From Chitinivibrionales bacterium (GTDB lineage: Bacteria > Fibrobacterota > Chitinivibrionia > Chitinivibrionales > WJKA01), in contig JBBRUX010000029.1 of assembly GCA_038247415.1 (NCBI GenBank), positions 1-49,865 of the forward strand: DNA of 49,865 nt. Reading direction: 5' to 3'. Position numbers and translations under genes: made by a program. Positions 38,353-48,183 of the stretch are shown piece after piece (position 1 is the first letter of the stretch; each line of letters starts with the position of its first letter). The notes beneath the pieces are model-generated. The model saw only the letters and a list, made by a program, of their open reading frames with translations. It did not search any database and was not told the DNA's origin.

Positions 38353-39549
38353 ATGATTTTTGTAAATCCTTCAAGCCAATCCAATACCGATATTCCAAAT
38401 CTAGCACTCGCTTATGCAGCTACTGCCACAAACACAAAAATTATCGACTTCAATACCATGCCAACTCCATTTTCGCGTCTTTGGGAAAACGAAACCGATA
38501 CTCTGGGTATTTCGTACCAATCAAGGTCCGCGAGCGAAGCACAAAAAATCAAAGAAGCATTTGCTCAACACTATCCCCATTCTCGGATCGTATCCGTCAG
38601 TGGTTTTCTTGACATACAGTGTTGTTACCCTTACCTACGATTTGATGACAATATCGATTATACGATGGACTTTTCCGACTCACTTCCTTTTCCCAATTAC
38701 GAACTTTTTGATACCTTTTCAATTTTTCAAAAAAACTGGCAATCAGGCACCTGGCCCTATCCAATTATGACAAGCAGAGGATGTCCATTTTCGTGTACCT
38801 ATTGCCAAAGCCGTCAACGGAACTGGTTTCCGCGATCTGCACAGCATTGCATTGATGAACTTATCGAAGCAAAACGAAAATGGGGTATCAAGACATTCAC
38901 AATACTTGACGATTGCTTTAATCTAAAAAAAGATCGCGCACTAGAATTTTGCGCACGTATAAAGGAACTAAACCTCGAGTGGATGTGTACCAATGGCCTC
39001 AGAGCAGACCGGCTCGATAATGAGCTTGCCGCAGCAATGGCACATTCAGGATGTACAACTGTCGGATTCGGAATTGAATCATCTGACCCAGCGGTACTTT
39101 TAAAAATCCAAAAAGGAGAGACAATCGATCAGATTGAATCTGCGATCACGATTGCTAAAAAGCACTTTAAAAGTGTAAGCGGCTATTTTATTATCGGACT
39201 CCCGGGGTCAACCTACCAAAGCGATATGCAATCTATCCGCTGGGCCATTAAGCAGCCAATTTATATGAACCATAGTTTTTATACCCCGTTTACAGCTCAA
39301 TCTGCAGAAAATCATGTTTTTTACGGAGACAATGCAGAACCTCTGGGTGACATCTATCCTAAAGTGCAACAGAAAAAGCTCTACGAATTAACACGAGGAT
39401 TTTCGTTTGGGGGGTCAAACCGCAAGCTCTTTAAAATCTTCCTCAACAGAATAAGGCTTTTTACCCATTTTGGTCCTAGCGCATTTATCTCTTACATGTC
39501 ACTTGACATGAAAAAGATTATGAACCGAATACATAGGACTTTTGTATGA
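38353..39549 (+). CDS. Class B-like radical SAM enzyme
   Basis: TSRGCPFSCTYC, DDCFN, GFGIES and FIIGLPG motifs; shortened B12-binding-like N-terminus (PNLALAY). Confidence 0.88.
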   Translation: MIFVNPSSQSNTDIPNLALAYAATATNTKIIDFNTMPTPFSRLWENETDTLGISYQSRSASEAQKIKEAFAQHYPHSRIVSVSGFLDIQCCYPYLRFDDNIDYTMDFSDSLPFPNYELFDTFSIFQKNWQSGTWPYPIMTSRGCPFSCTYCQSRQRNWFPRSAQHCIDELIEAKRKWGIKTFTILDDCFNLKKDRALEFCARIKELNLEWMCTNGLRADRLDNELAAAMAHSGCTTVGFGIESSDPAVLLKIQKGETIDQIESAITIAKKHFKSVSGYFIIGLPGSTYQSDMQSIRWAIKQPIYMNHSFYTPFTAQSAENHVFYGDNAEPLGDIYPKVQQKKLYELTRGFSFGGSNRKLFKIFLNRIRLFTHFGPSAFISYMSLDMKKIMNRIHRTFV

Positions 39550-40808
39550 AAATCTGTCATGTTACCGATTGCTTTCCGCAGATGCATGCTACCTGGGGCG
39601 GTGCCGAGCAAGCAGCAAAACGCACCATCGAAATGTTTTCAGAATCCTCTGAAATCAATCAAATGCTTGTGACCACACCATCAGATAAACCTGCGCCGCC
39701 TTATGTATCGCACTTTGCCCTGCGGGGATTTGAAGACATTCTCGGAGCCCGGTTTCGTTCTTTACTCTATGGAATTAAGGTTATCCTTATTCCTTTCGAT
39801 CCCCTTATTCATTTCCGATTTAGAAAACTCCTTAAAAACACTAACCCCGATGTTGTGCATCTGCATAACTTCAAAAATCTTTCCTGCGCTCTCGTTTCTG
39901 CGGCACAAAGCCTTAAAATTCCTATTATCTATTCTGTTTACGATTATTGGATTTATTGCCCCAAAGACACATTTTTTACACGACAGAATCTTCCTTGCAT
40001 TAAACTCAACCAGCGCCAATGCTTAAGCTGCTATCGCCCCAAAGATAAGAATCCATCACTTTTTTTAAAGCTTCCGCTCCTTTTTCGTCAACTAATTATC
40101 ACACACTTTTTTTGTAAGGTTACTGCATTTTCCGTTTTATCGGAATCCTCAAAATCTATTCTGATTCGTCATGGAGTTGCAGCATCAAAAATCGCTGTAA
40201 TCCACCAAGTTTTTGATTTTAAAGAAAGCCAAGGTATCCAACCTGCCATTGTTCCAGACACAATTCTTTTTGTAGGGTGGCTTTCTCCCAACAAAGGAGC
40301 CCATATTCTCCTTAAGGCTGCGGCGATTGTTACTAAAAAGTATCCAGAAGCCACATTTATTTTGGCGGGAGACTCGCTCAATAAAGCTTATAAAGAAATA
40401 CTCACCGACATTGTGAATAGAGAAAACCTTTCAGAGAAGGTTAATTTTCTTGGCAAGAAAAAACCCGAAGAAATTCAGGATTTATTGCTCACTTCGGAAA
40501 TAGTGGTTATTCCCGAACAATGGGACAATATGTCTCCACTCTTTTTAACCGAATCTCTTGCTCTTAAAAAGCCTGTTGTTGCAAGTAACATAGGTGGACT
40601 CAGCGAATTTATTATCAATGGAACGACTGGTTTCTATGTTAATCCCCTTTCACCCGAAGAGTTTGCTGATAAAATATGCTATTTTCTAGAAAACAAAGAT
40701 GAATCGAAAAACATGGGCGAACTAGCACATATTGATATCCGCAAGAAATTTGATAATCATGCCATTAAAGCTGCTACCACTCGACTGTATAAGGATGCAA
40801 TTTCTTAA
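39546..40808 (+). CDS. GT4 family glycosyltransferase
   Basis: GGAE, DVVHLHN, FVGWLSPNKG and PVVASNIGGLSE motifs. Confidence 0.92.
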   Translation: MKICHVTDCFPQMHATWGGAEQAAKRTIEMFSESSEINQMLVTTPSDKPAPPYVSHFALRGFEDILGARFRSLLYGIKVILIPFDPLIHFRFRKLLKNTNPDVVHLHNFKNLSCALVSAAQSLKIPIIYSVYDYWIYCPKDTFFTRQNLPCIKLNQRQCLSCYRPKDKNPSLFLKLPLLFRQLIITHFFCKVTAFSVLSESSKSILIRHGVAASKIAVIHQVFDFKESQGIQPAIVPDTILFVGWLSPNKGAHILLKAAAIVTKKYPEATFILAGDSLNKAYKEILTDIVNRENLSEKVNFLGKKKPEEIQDLLLTSEIVVIPEQWDNMSPLFLTESLALKKPVVASNIGGLSEFIINGTTGFYVNPLSPEEFADKICYFLENKDESKNMGELAHIDIRKKFDNHAIKAATTRLYKDAIS

Positions 40809-41539
40809 TGAAGAACAACGCCTTTCCCTGGCATACTAAAAAAACGACCTGCGTTATCCTTGCGGCAGGGAAAGGGACTCGGGCATACCCAGCTACAATT
40901 GATATGCCCAAAGTAATATTGCCAATTCATGGAGTTCCCGCAATCAAATATGTCATTGATTTCTGGACTCCCCTTGCAGACGATTTTATTTTTGTTGTGG
41001 GATACAAAAAAGAAATGGTCATCGATTATGTAAAGACACTGCCTATCAAAGCGCAATTTGTAGAACAAAAAGAGCTTAAGGGTATCGCGCATGCGGTTGC
41101 ACAAACGCACCACTTAATTTCTGATAACTTTATTGTGGTTCTTGGGGATTGTTGCTGCAAGGGAACCTTTTCATTTCCACCATCCATGGAGCAAGGTGTG
41201 GGAATTTGGCATACCGAAGACGATGCAGCCATACACCAGAGCTATTCGGTCAATATTCAAAACAATACTATTATTGAAGTGGTGGAAAAACCTCAAAACA
41301 TTATTAACCGATGGTGCGGAATGGGCTACTATTTTTTTAGCCCCAAAGTATTTAACTATATACAACAGACTCCCCCATCAGCACTTAGAAATGAAATCGA
41401 AATTACCAATGTTTTGCAAACAATGATTCAATCTGGTGAATCTCTTACACCAATTCCATTTCATGGAGAATATATTAATATTACCTATGGAAAAGACCCA
41501 AAACGGTATGAGGGAAGTGAACCACCTGCCCCCTTATAA
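40808..41539 (+). CDS. Sugar-1-phosphate nucleotidyltransferase (RmlA-like)
   Basis: ILAAGKGTR, PK, VEQ..KG.AHA, LGD, VVEKP and RNEIEIT motifs. Confidence 0.9.
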   Translation: MKNNAFPWHTKKTTCVILAAGKGTRAYPATIDMPKVILPIHGVPAIKYVIDFWTPLADDFIFVVGYKKEMVIDYVKTLPIKAQFVEQKELKGIAHAVAQTHHLISDNFIVVLGDCCCKGTFSFPPSMEQGVGIWHTEDDAAIHQSYSVNIQNNTIIEVVEKPQNIINRWCGMGYYFFSPKVFNYIQQTPPSALRNEIEITNVLQTMIQSGESLTPIPFHGEYINITYGKDPKRYEGSEPPAPL

Positions 41540-41551
41540 TAGAAGAATAAC

Positions 41552-42541
41552 ATGGCTCTTATTAATCGGAATTCTCTTGCGTTTAAAATCATTTCTGTAT
41601 GCGTTGTCCTTTCGATTACAGGAATCATTGCTCGGATTTTTATTCAGAACTGGCACAAAATCCCACTGCAGGAATTGCGACTTGACTACCGCTATCTCAT
41701 TGGATCCATGATTTTTGCGTTTGTGCTTGGCCTATGCCCTATTCTTTTATGGAAATACATACTTTCTTTGCTCAATCAAAAAACACAATTTCTTCCTTTA
41801 TGGAGGGTTGGTGTTTATTCTTCGCTGGCTCGTTATATCCCAGGCCGAATATGGCAATACATGGGGCGCATTTATTGGGGCAAAAAAATTGGATTATCCG
41901 AGCATGCTATCCTTGTGAGCACCCTTCTTGAAAGCATTTTTTTCTTAAGCAGCGCTTTCTTTGTTTCTCTTTTTACCTTGAATCTATTTCTCCCTAAGGC
42001 ATACGTTATTATATTGTCAATAGTTTCACTGGGAATGATCGGAACGCTTCATCCCAAAGTTGTAGAGACGGCATTAAATATCCTTGGTAAAAAATGGATT
42101 AAAGAACCAATAAAAATCACCTTTACTTATCCGCAAATTCTTCTGACCGTCTTTTTATATAGCATCCTCTGGATTGGTATAGGGGTTCAGTCCTTTCTCT
42201 TTATTCTTTCTTTTTACCAGATCCCTCTCTCCAAAATTTTTTATTTCACAAGCGTCAATGCAGCCAGTTGGCTGATTGGAATTGTGAGTATCATTACCCC
42301 CAGTGGCATAGGTGTTCGTGAAGGGGTATTTGTGTTTGTATTTAAAAGTGTTGTACCCGTTTCAATAGCTATCTTATGCGCGATCATAACCCGGTTCTAT
42401 TCGATTATCTCGGAGCTTCTTATTGGCGGGTTATTCTTGCTCTTTGATAAAGGTGCATGGAGCAACTTTTTTAGCATGACTAAAAAAGCTGGTTCCGCCA
42501 CTATCGTCGAATCTAAAATATCAAACGAGCCTGTACCCTAA
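41552..42541 (+). CDS. Lysylphosphatidylglycerol-synthase TM-domain (UPF0104/flippase-like) membrane protein
   Basis: Multi-pass membrane protein with RYIPG and TPSGIGVREG motifs. Confidence 0.85.
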   Translation: MALINRNSLAFKIISVCVVLSITGIIARIFIQNWHKIPLQELRLDYRYLIGSMIFAFVLGLCPILLWKYILSLLNQKTQFLPLWRVGVYSSLARYIPGRIWQYMGRIYWGKKIGLSEHAILVSTLLESIFFLSSAFFVSLFTLNLFLPKAYVIILSIVSLGMIGTLHPKVVETALNILGKKWIKEPIKITFTYPQILLTVFLYSILWIGIGVQSFLFILSFYQIPLSKIFYFTSVNAASWLIGIVSIITPSGIGVREGVFVFVFKSVVPVSIAILCAIITRFYSIISELLIGGLFLLFDKGAWSNFFSMTKKAGSATIVESKISNEPVP

Positions 42542-42560
42542 TTTCAGGAGGTAAAACAGC

Positions 42561-43226
42561 ATGTCGGATAACATGTGGAAAAACATTACAAAAAAAGATT
42601 CTCAATACTTGCAATCACCTTTCACCCACAATTTTGCAGCAGAAGAAATAGCAAAAATTGCATTTGTTTTGAAAATGATTCCAAAAAAAAGTTCTGTTTT
42701 GGACTGTGGGTGTGGCATTGGCTGGACAGCAGAATGGCTTCAAAGAGCTGGCCATACTGTTGTGGGTAATGACATTGACGACTCAATGCTTATACCATTT
42801 TCACATGGGGAAAAATTTATCAAAGAATGCTTCGAAACATACACGAGTCCAAACACCTATGATGTAGTATTATTTTTCGCATCCCTGCACCATACCCACG
42901 GATGGAAAATTGCATTAAGCAAAGCATTTGAAAACCTAAAGTCAGGCGGCATGCTAATTTTGGTTGAACCGGGCTGGAATAATGGCAAACGGAAAGCAGA
43001 TAGAGAATTCCTTAAAAAAAACCCAACTGCAATTGAATTAGGTATGGCACCTTTTAAAACAATCCCCGTCTTGCGTACCATTGGGTTTAGAAATATCAGG
43101 ACTTTCCCAAATGTTGGATTTTATTTAAAGTGTTTCGAAAGAGGATACCCCACGCTCCTCAGTTCAATAGCCGTAGGGCTTTATCGTTGGTTTGATGGAA
43201 TCGTAATTGCAAAAAAAGCTCCTTAA
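42561..43226 (+). CDS. Class I SAM-dependent methyltransferase
   Basis: VLDCGCGIG, ASLHH and LKSGGMLILVEP motifs; AGGAGG RBS. Confidence 0.9.
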   Translation: MSDNMWKNITKKDSQYLQSPFTHNFAAEEIAKIAFVLKMIPKKSSVLDCGCGIGWTAEWLQRAGHTVVGNDIDDSMLIPFSHGEKFIKECFETYTSPNTYDVVLFFASLHHTHGWKIALSKAFENLKSGGMLILVEPGWNNGKRKADREFLKKNPTAIELGMAPFKTIPVLRTIGFRNIRTFPNVGFYLKCFERGYPTLLSSIAVGLYRWFDGIVIAKKAP

Positions 43227-43278
43227 GAGGGGCACACCCACACAGAGGAGAATGAAAACCTCTAGCCTTTTCCATACA

Positions 43279-43908
43279 TTAGAAACTTGACGCATGTCGT
43301 AAGCTTACCATAATTTTCGTAGCATACTTCTTTTGATCCCCTTTTGTTAATATTGTAGGACCAAGAAGGTATTCCTCTTCATACAACTCGCCAAGCATAA
43401 ACTGCGATTGGGCTGCAAAGTCCTCTAACCGATTGAGCGCTCGAAAATATCCCGAATAGGGCCCAATGGTTGTAAGTTCCATAAGTGTATCGTATGTCCA
43501 TACTGCAATTGACACTGTGGGTACTCGACGACTTACTTCTTCGGGAAGTATCGAAATAGCTGATGGCAGTGGAATTCCATACGATCCATTCCATGTTGTC
43601 CGATCGAGTGGATCGATTCGATTCCATCGGGCGCGAGGGGATTTAATAGCGATTGACGGATAGGTTTTCTTTAGCATATAAAAGGCTTTAAAGAGTTCGC
43701 CAAAGCAACGTTGGGCAGATTCTCGAGGGTCCCCGGATATGGGAACACAAAGCATGTTTTGGCTTTTGTGAACTCTCATGAAAACGGGATCTGTTGCGCT
43801 GAGTTCGCGTATATTCTTACGCGGAGTATAAGCAAAGATAAGAAAAAATAGTATGAAAAGAATCATTGCAAAAAAAACAGCAATCGAATAGATCACAGGT
43901 TTTGTCAA
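43279..43908 (-). CDS. Membrane-anchored GyrI-like small-molecule-binding protein
   Basis: N-terminal TM helix, IGPY and EEEYL.GP GyrI-like motifs. Confidence 0.65.
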   Translation of the reverse strand: MTKPVIYSIAVFFAMILFILFFLIFAYTPRKNIRELSATDPVFMRVHKSQNMLCVPISGDPRESAQRCFGELFKAFYMLKKTYPSIAIKSPRARWNRIDPLDRTTWNGSYGIPLPSAISILPEEVSRRVPTVSIAVWTYDTLMELTTIGPYSGYFRALNRLEDFAAQSQFMLGELYEEEYLLGPTILTKGDQKKYATKIMVSLRHASSF

Positions 43909-44492
43909 GCAGAACCCCCTGGAACAGAATGCACCTTAAGCCATTGAGAAACTACGGCATGTTCGCCACTTCGAAGAACCTCTTCATACTCAAAAACCAG
44001 TTCCAAATCGCACTGATATACATCCCATGCAGATGAGGCAATTTCAATCTCGAGCTGGGATGTAATCCAACCAGCATAGCCAAGAAAAAGCCGATTTTCG
44101 AAGGCTGAAGCTGTCAATATTTCAGAGAGAGAATTCCAATCGCCCCCCAGATAATAATTGGGCGAAAGCTCTAGAGAATGGCTTTTTGGAGTTACTGTTT
44201 TTGAGATTATTTGGAGTGCATCTTGTTGAACGGGCCCACCAAAATATACCGTACGAACAATCTGCTTAAAAGGCTCTTCTACATCAAAAACTTCAGAAAG
44301 AGGCATGTGCGCTGGTCGATTAAGGATAAGGCCATACGCTCCGTCCGATGAATAGGCACAGAGCACAACAAGCGTATTGGAGAAATTGGGATCATCCAAA
44401 ATTTCGGTAGCGTGCAAGAGACATCCTCTACGCAACTGATTGATTTTGTCTTGAGCGTTTTTGTCAAAATGCTCCGATGAAGGACTACCCAT
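43905..44492 (-). CDS. YqgE/AlgH (UPF0301) family protein
   Basis: DPNF, GLILNRP, VYFGGPV and FLGYAGW...QLE.EI motifs; ATG after GGAG. Confidence 0.9.
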   Translation of the reverse strand: MGSPSSEHFDKNAQDKINQLRRGCLLHATEILDDPNFSNTLVVLCAYSSDGAYGLILNRPAHMPLSEVFDVEEPFKQIVRTVYFGGPVQQDALQIISKTVTPKSHSLELSPNYYLGGDWNSLSEILTASAFENRLFLGYAGWITSQLEIEIASSAWDVYQCDLELVFEYEEVLRSGEHAVVSQWLKVHSVPGGSA

Positions 44493-44510
44493 AGCAATGC
44501 TCCGCAATGA

Positions 44511-45560
44511 TTAATTACCAATCCGAATTTCTTGCCAGATCTTGTTGTACAAATCGAGATCTGCGCCTAAATCCTCTTTAAATTCGCTCTTCGAAAGCGC
44601 TTCTATTGAATAATGAGGCTTCTTTTTTGTAAATTCTCGTGCTGGGACATTAATTGACGGTAACATAAGAAAATCACAAATTTTTGCATACACCTGCGGG
44701 CGGTGAACATAATTGATAAACTTTAAAGCAAGCTCCTTGTGGCGAGCATCTTTGAGGATTACCATGTTGTCCATATACAGAGGACCCCCTTCGCGGGGAA
44801 TAAAGAAATCTACTTCGTCACGTTTGGTGGAATCATATTCCAGAAAGATATTCTTGGCATAGCCATGCACTACCGAAAACTCTCCTGCAGCAAACCCTTT
44901 TGCAAATGACTCAGCATCAAATTTGAGCAAATTTTGTTTCCATGTCAAAACAACATTTTTAGCCTTTTCGAGTTCCTCTGGATTGCGGGAATTAACTGAA
45001 TATCCAAGTGTTTTTAATGCAGCCCCAAGCACTTCACGCATATCATCAAGCATGGTCATCATACCTTTAAGATCTGATCGGGCAAAGATATTCCACGATT
45101 TATCATAGGTACCATCTGCCTTCTTATTAACACAAACTCCTGACGAAGCCATCATATACGGAACGCTACAATGATTTCCCGCATCGAATTTAATCTTTTT
45201 AAGCACCGCAGTATCGACATTGGTAAAATTAGGGATTTTAGAAAGATCAATGCTATCAAGCATGCCTTCATGCATCATTATGGAAACAAAATCCCCAGAC
45301 GGGAAAACAACATCATAGCCTGTTCCGCCTGCTTTTAATTTTGCAAACATCTCCTCATTGCTTGGATACACGTCATAGACAATTTGTACGCCAAATTCTT
45401 TTTCAAAATCTGCGCGAACCTGATCGGGCATATAATACGTCCAGTTAAAGATATACAGTTTTGTATCCGCTTTTTTTGAAGCACCACTTTTATTATCCTT
45501 TTGACAATTAGCTCCAAAGAACGCTAACAAACCTACGATTACAAAATGAAATACCTTCAT
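44511..45560 (-). CDS. potD: Spermidine/putrescine ABC transporter substrate-binding lipoprotein
   Basis: Lipobox-like GAN-C, FNWTYY, SNEEM.AKL, GYDV..PS and IPREG..YMDN motifs. Confidence 0.9.
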   Translation of the reverse strand: MKVFHFVIVGLLAFFGANCQKDNKSGASKKADTKLYIFNWTYYMPDQVRADFEKEFGVQIVYDVYPSNEEMFAKLKAGGTGYDVVFPSGDFVSIMMHEGMLDSIDLSKIPNFTNVDTAVLKKIKFDAGNHCSVPYMMASSGVCVNKKADGTYDKSWNIFARSDLKGMMTMLDDMREVLGAALKTLGYSVNSRNPEELEKAKNVVLTWKQNLLKFDAESFAKGFAAGEFSVVHGYAKNIFLEYDSTKRDEVDFFIPREGGPLYMDNMVILKDARHKELALKFINYVHRPQVYAKICDFLMLPSINVPAREFTKKKPHYSIEALSKSEFKEDLGADLDLYNKIWQEIRIGN

Positions 45561-45576
45561 TGCATTCTCCTTTTTA

Positions 45577-46356
45577 TCACCGACCAATAATATATTTATA
45601 AATATTTTTAGTTGAAAAAGCCAAAATAATTGTTGCTGCTATAATGACCACCGAAAGTGCATTAATAACCGGTGACACCCCAAATCTAATCATGGAATAA
45701 ACATACAGTGGTAATGTTGCCGATCCTGGACCTGCCACAAAAAAGGTGATGACAAAATCTTCGAGTGAGAGGGTAACTGCCGTGAGAAACCCTGAAATGA
45801 TGCCCGGCATAGATAGTGGAATTATAACTTTAAACAATGTGTCAATCTCACGTGCCCCTAAATCTCGCGCTGCTTCAAGTATAGAATAATCGAATTCTTC
45901 GAGACGAGAAAGTACGATCAGCATAACAAACGGAATATTAAAGGTCGTGTGCGCAATAAAAATGGTTAGGAGGGAGAGCTTGAAATGTATCCCTGCAAAA
46001 AAAATAAGTAATGACACCCCGATGATGATTTCTGGTAGAATGAGCGGGAGAAAGGTTACAACCTGAATATAGCGTTTGAATGCAAAGGTATACCAATTCA
46101 GGCCAATTGCTCCAAGTGTTCCCAAAATAGTTGCTACACTAGCAGATGCAGCTGCGATAAGAAGGCTATTAAGACACGCCGACCATAAATCACGAGAATC
46201 AAAAAATAGCTTGTGGTACCATACAAAAGAGAATCCAGTCAGCGACATGCTTTTAGATGCATTAAAAGAATACACTATAAGCACAACAAGTGGGATATAG
46301 AAAAACGCAATAACGCACGAAAATATGACAAGAGAGAATCCACGTTTTTTGTGCAT
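45577..46356 (-). CDS. potC: Polyamine ABC transporter permease
   Basis: YSFN, PEII.GVSLL, EAARDLGA (EAA loop) and TLPLY.YS motifs. Confidence 0.9.
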   Translation of the reverse strand: MHKKRGFSLVIFSCVIAFFYIPLVVLIVYSFNASKSMSLTGFSFVWYHKLFFDSRDLWSACLNSLLIAAASASVATILGTLGAIGLNWYTFAFKRYIQVVTFLPLILPEIIIGVSLLIFFAGIHFKLSLLTIFIAHTTFNIPFVMLIVLSRLEEFDYSILEAARDLGAREIDTLFKVIIPLSMPGIISGFLTAVTLSLEDFVITFFVAGPGSATLPLYVYSMIRFGVSPVINALSVVIIAATIILAFSTKNIYKYIIGR

Positions 46357-47213
46357 TACAGAGACCTCCCATCAAGCACAACATGCGATGACTTCGATTT
46401 CTGTAATCGCATAAAAAGCAGAACACCGCATGTTGTAATAAGGGTTATTACCACCGAAATAGACGCTGCCAATGGCCAGTTGCGTGTAACGGTTAATTCA
46501 CGAGTAATAATGTTTCCAAGCATCACAGAATCTCGTCCACCCACAAGTTGCGGAACTGCATAGGCCCCAAAAGAGGGTATAAATACAAAGAGTACAGAGG
46601 TAATAATTCCCGATTGTATATTAGGCACCAGAACCTTCACAATTGATTGAAACTTTGTTGCGCCTAAGTCGCGAGCGGCTTCGAGCAGAGAAAAATCAAA
46701 CTTCTCTATGGTAGCATAGAGTGGTAATATCGCAAAGGGAAGATAGGTATACACGAGCACCACGATAACGGCGTATTGATTGTACAGAAATTGAATGGGC
46801 GCAGTAACCACGCCCGTTGTCAATAACAGCTCGTTAAGGAATCCATTATTCCCCAAAATAGCAATCCAGGCATAGATACGAATAAGAAAATTGGTCCAAA
46901 AAGGAATTATAACAAGAAACAGATACACCGTTGCATGCTCCGACCGAGCAATAAAATATGCAGCGGGAAGCGCAAGCAGAATAGTAACCATAGTTGCGAT
47001 ACTCGAAATCCAAAGTGTAGATAGCGTTACTCGTATAAACGCTGCATTGGCTAAGGCAGTGTAAGCATCGAGCGCAAAACGATTGACAACGCCACCATAG
47101 AGCCCTTTTGCCATAAAGCTATAGCAACAAATAATGAGCAAGGGGATAACAAAAAAAAACGTAATCCAAAGAGCCACAGGAGCAGAATAGGTAGCGCCAT
47201 ACGACCGTTTCAT
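46356..47213 (-). CDS. potB: Polyamine ABC transporter permease
   Basis: IPFWTNFLIRIYAW, YLPF..LPLY and EAARDLGA motifs. Confidence 0.9.
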   Translation of the reverse strand: MKRSYGATYSAPVALWITFFFVIPLLIICCYSFMAKGLYGGVVNRFALDAYTALANAAFIRVTLSTLWISSIATMVTILLALPAAYFIARSEHATVYLFLVIIPFWTNFLIRIYAWIAILGNNGFLNELLLTTGVVTAPIQFLYNQYAVIVVLVYTYLPFAILPLYATIEKFDFSLLEAARDLGATKFQSIVKVLVPNIQSGIITSVLFVFIPSFGAYAVPQLVGGRDSVMLGNIITRELTVTRNWPLAASISVVITLITTCGVLLFMRLQKSKSSHVVLDGRSL

Positions 47214-47948
47214 GATGGATTAACCTCAACGATATACGCATCGGTACTACCCCACCAAACATACACGCGATCTTTCCAATTAATAACAGCACGCTCCTGT
47301 GTATAATCGATATGCGGCTGAAAGACAAGCAGCGTTGTTATCGAATCATTAATTCGTGCAAAAAATTTGGTTTGAAACCCGCTATAAATGAGTTCGTCAA
47401 CCACAGCATTAAGCACTGTTAACTCGCCTGCTGTGTCAACATGATTTTCTGCAGTAATGCGAATTTTTTCTGGTCGAACGGTTACCAGCAATGTATCCCC
47501 AATAGTAATTGGCCTATCTTTTTTAACCTTAACAAGACCGACATCTTTAACATCGAGCGTTACAAAAGATGGCCCAACGAAAGTAACTTGACCGCGTAGA
47601 AGATTTGTTTCGCCAATAAACCCAGCCACAAAACCGTCTGCGGGATGGTCATAGATTTCTCTGGGCGTTCCCAGCTGCACTATTTTTCCTTCGTTCATTA
47701 CTGCCACACGATCAGAAACTGACAATGCTTCCTGCTAAGCGTGCGTAACATAAACAAATGTAATACCAACTTTATCATGAATAGCATCGAGCTCAATTAA
47801 CATATGTTGCCGTGGTTTTGCCGCACCCAGACGAGCCAAGCAGCGAGAAAAATTCGCCCTTTTTAATAGATACCGAGAGGGAATGAAGAGCACTAAAATC
47901 ACCAAATTTTTTTGAAACGCCCTTAAGTGTTACATCGCTACCTTTCAC
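47210..47948 (-). pseudogene. potA: Polyamine ABC transporter ATPase pseudogene
   Basis: GTG start after GGAG reads ...FFSLLGSSGCGKTT, then jumps out of frame (about 47813) to RQHMLIELDAIHDKVGITFVYVTHA*QEALSVSDR. Q-loop, signature motif and Walker B are absent; TAG at 47735-47737. Confidence 0.92.
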
Positions 47949-48183
47949 CGAGCAGTACTCCGATCTGCAACACGTTTGAATAAAAACTCGTTTCAAAAAA
48001 TAGCGCTTAAACTGGCTCAATCACAATTATTTTTTCACTTTTGTTCCCCGGCACATTTCGCAGCGACTATCAGCACAAAACTGACAGCAGGAGCAATCTT
48101 TGCAAGGGTGTTTTTTATCGGAACATACCTTGGATTTCTTGGTACTAGACGTAAGCTTTTGAGCTCCCATTGCGCATTTCCTC

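Noticed and set aside
47793..48020. 75-aa and 171-aa ORFs as separate genes
   Set aside because: Both are fragments of the single broken potA.
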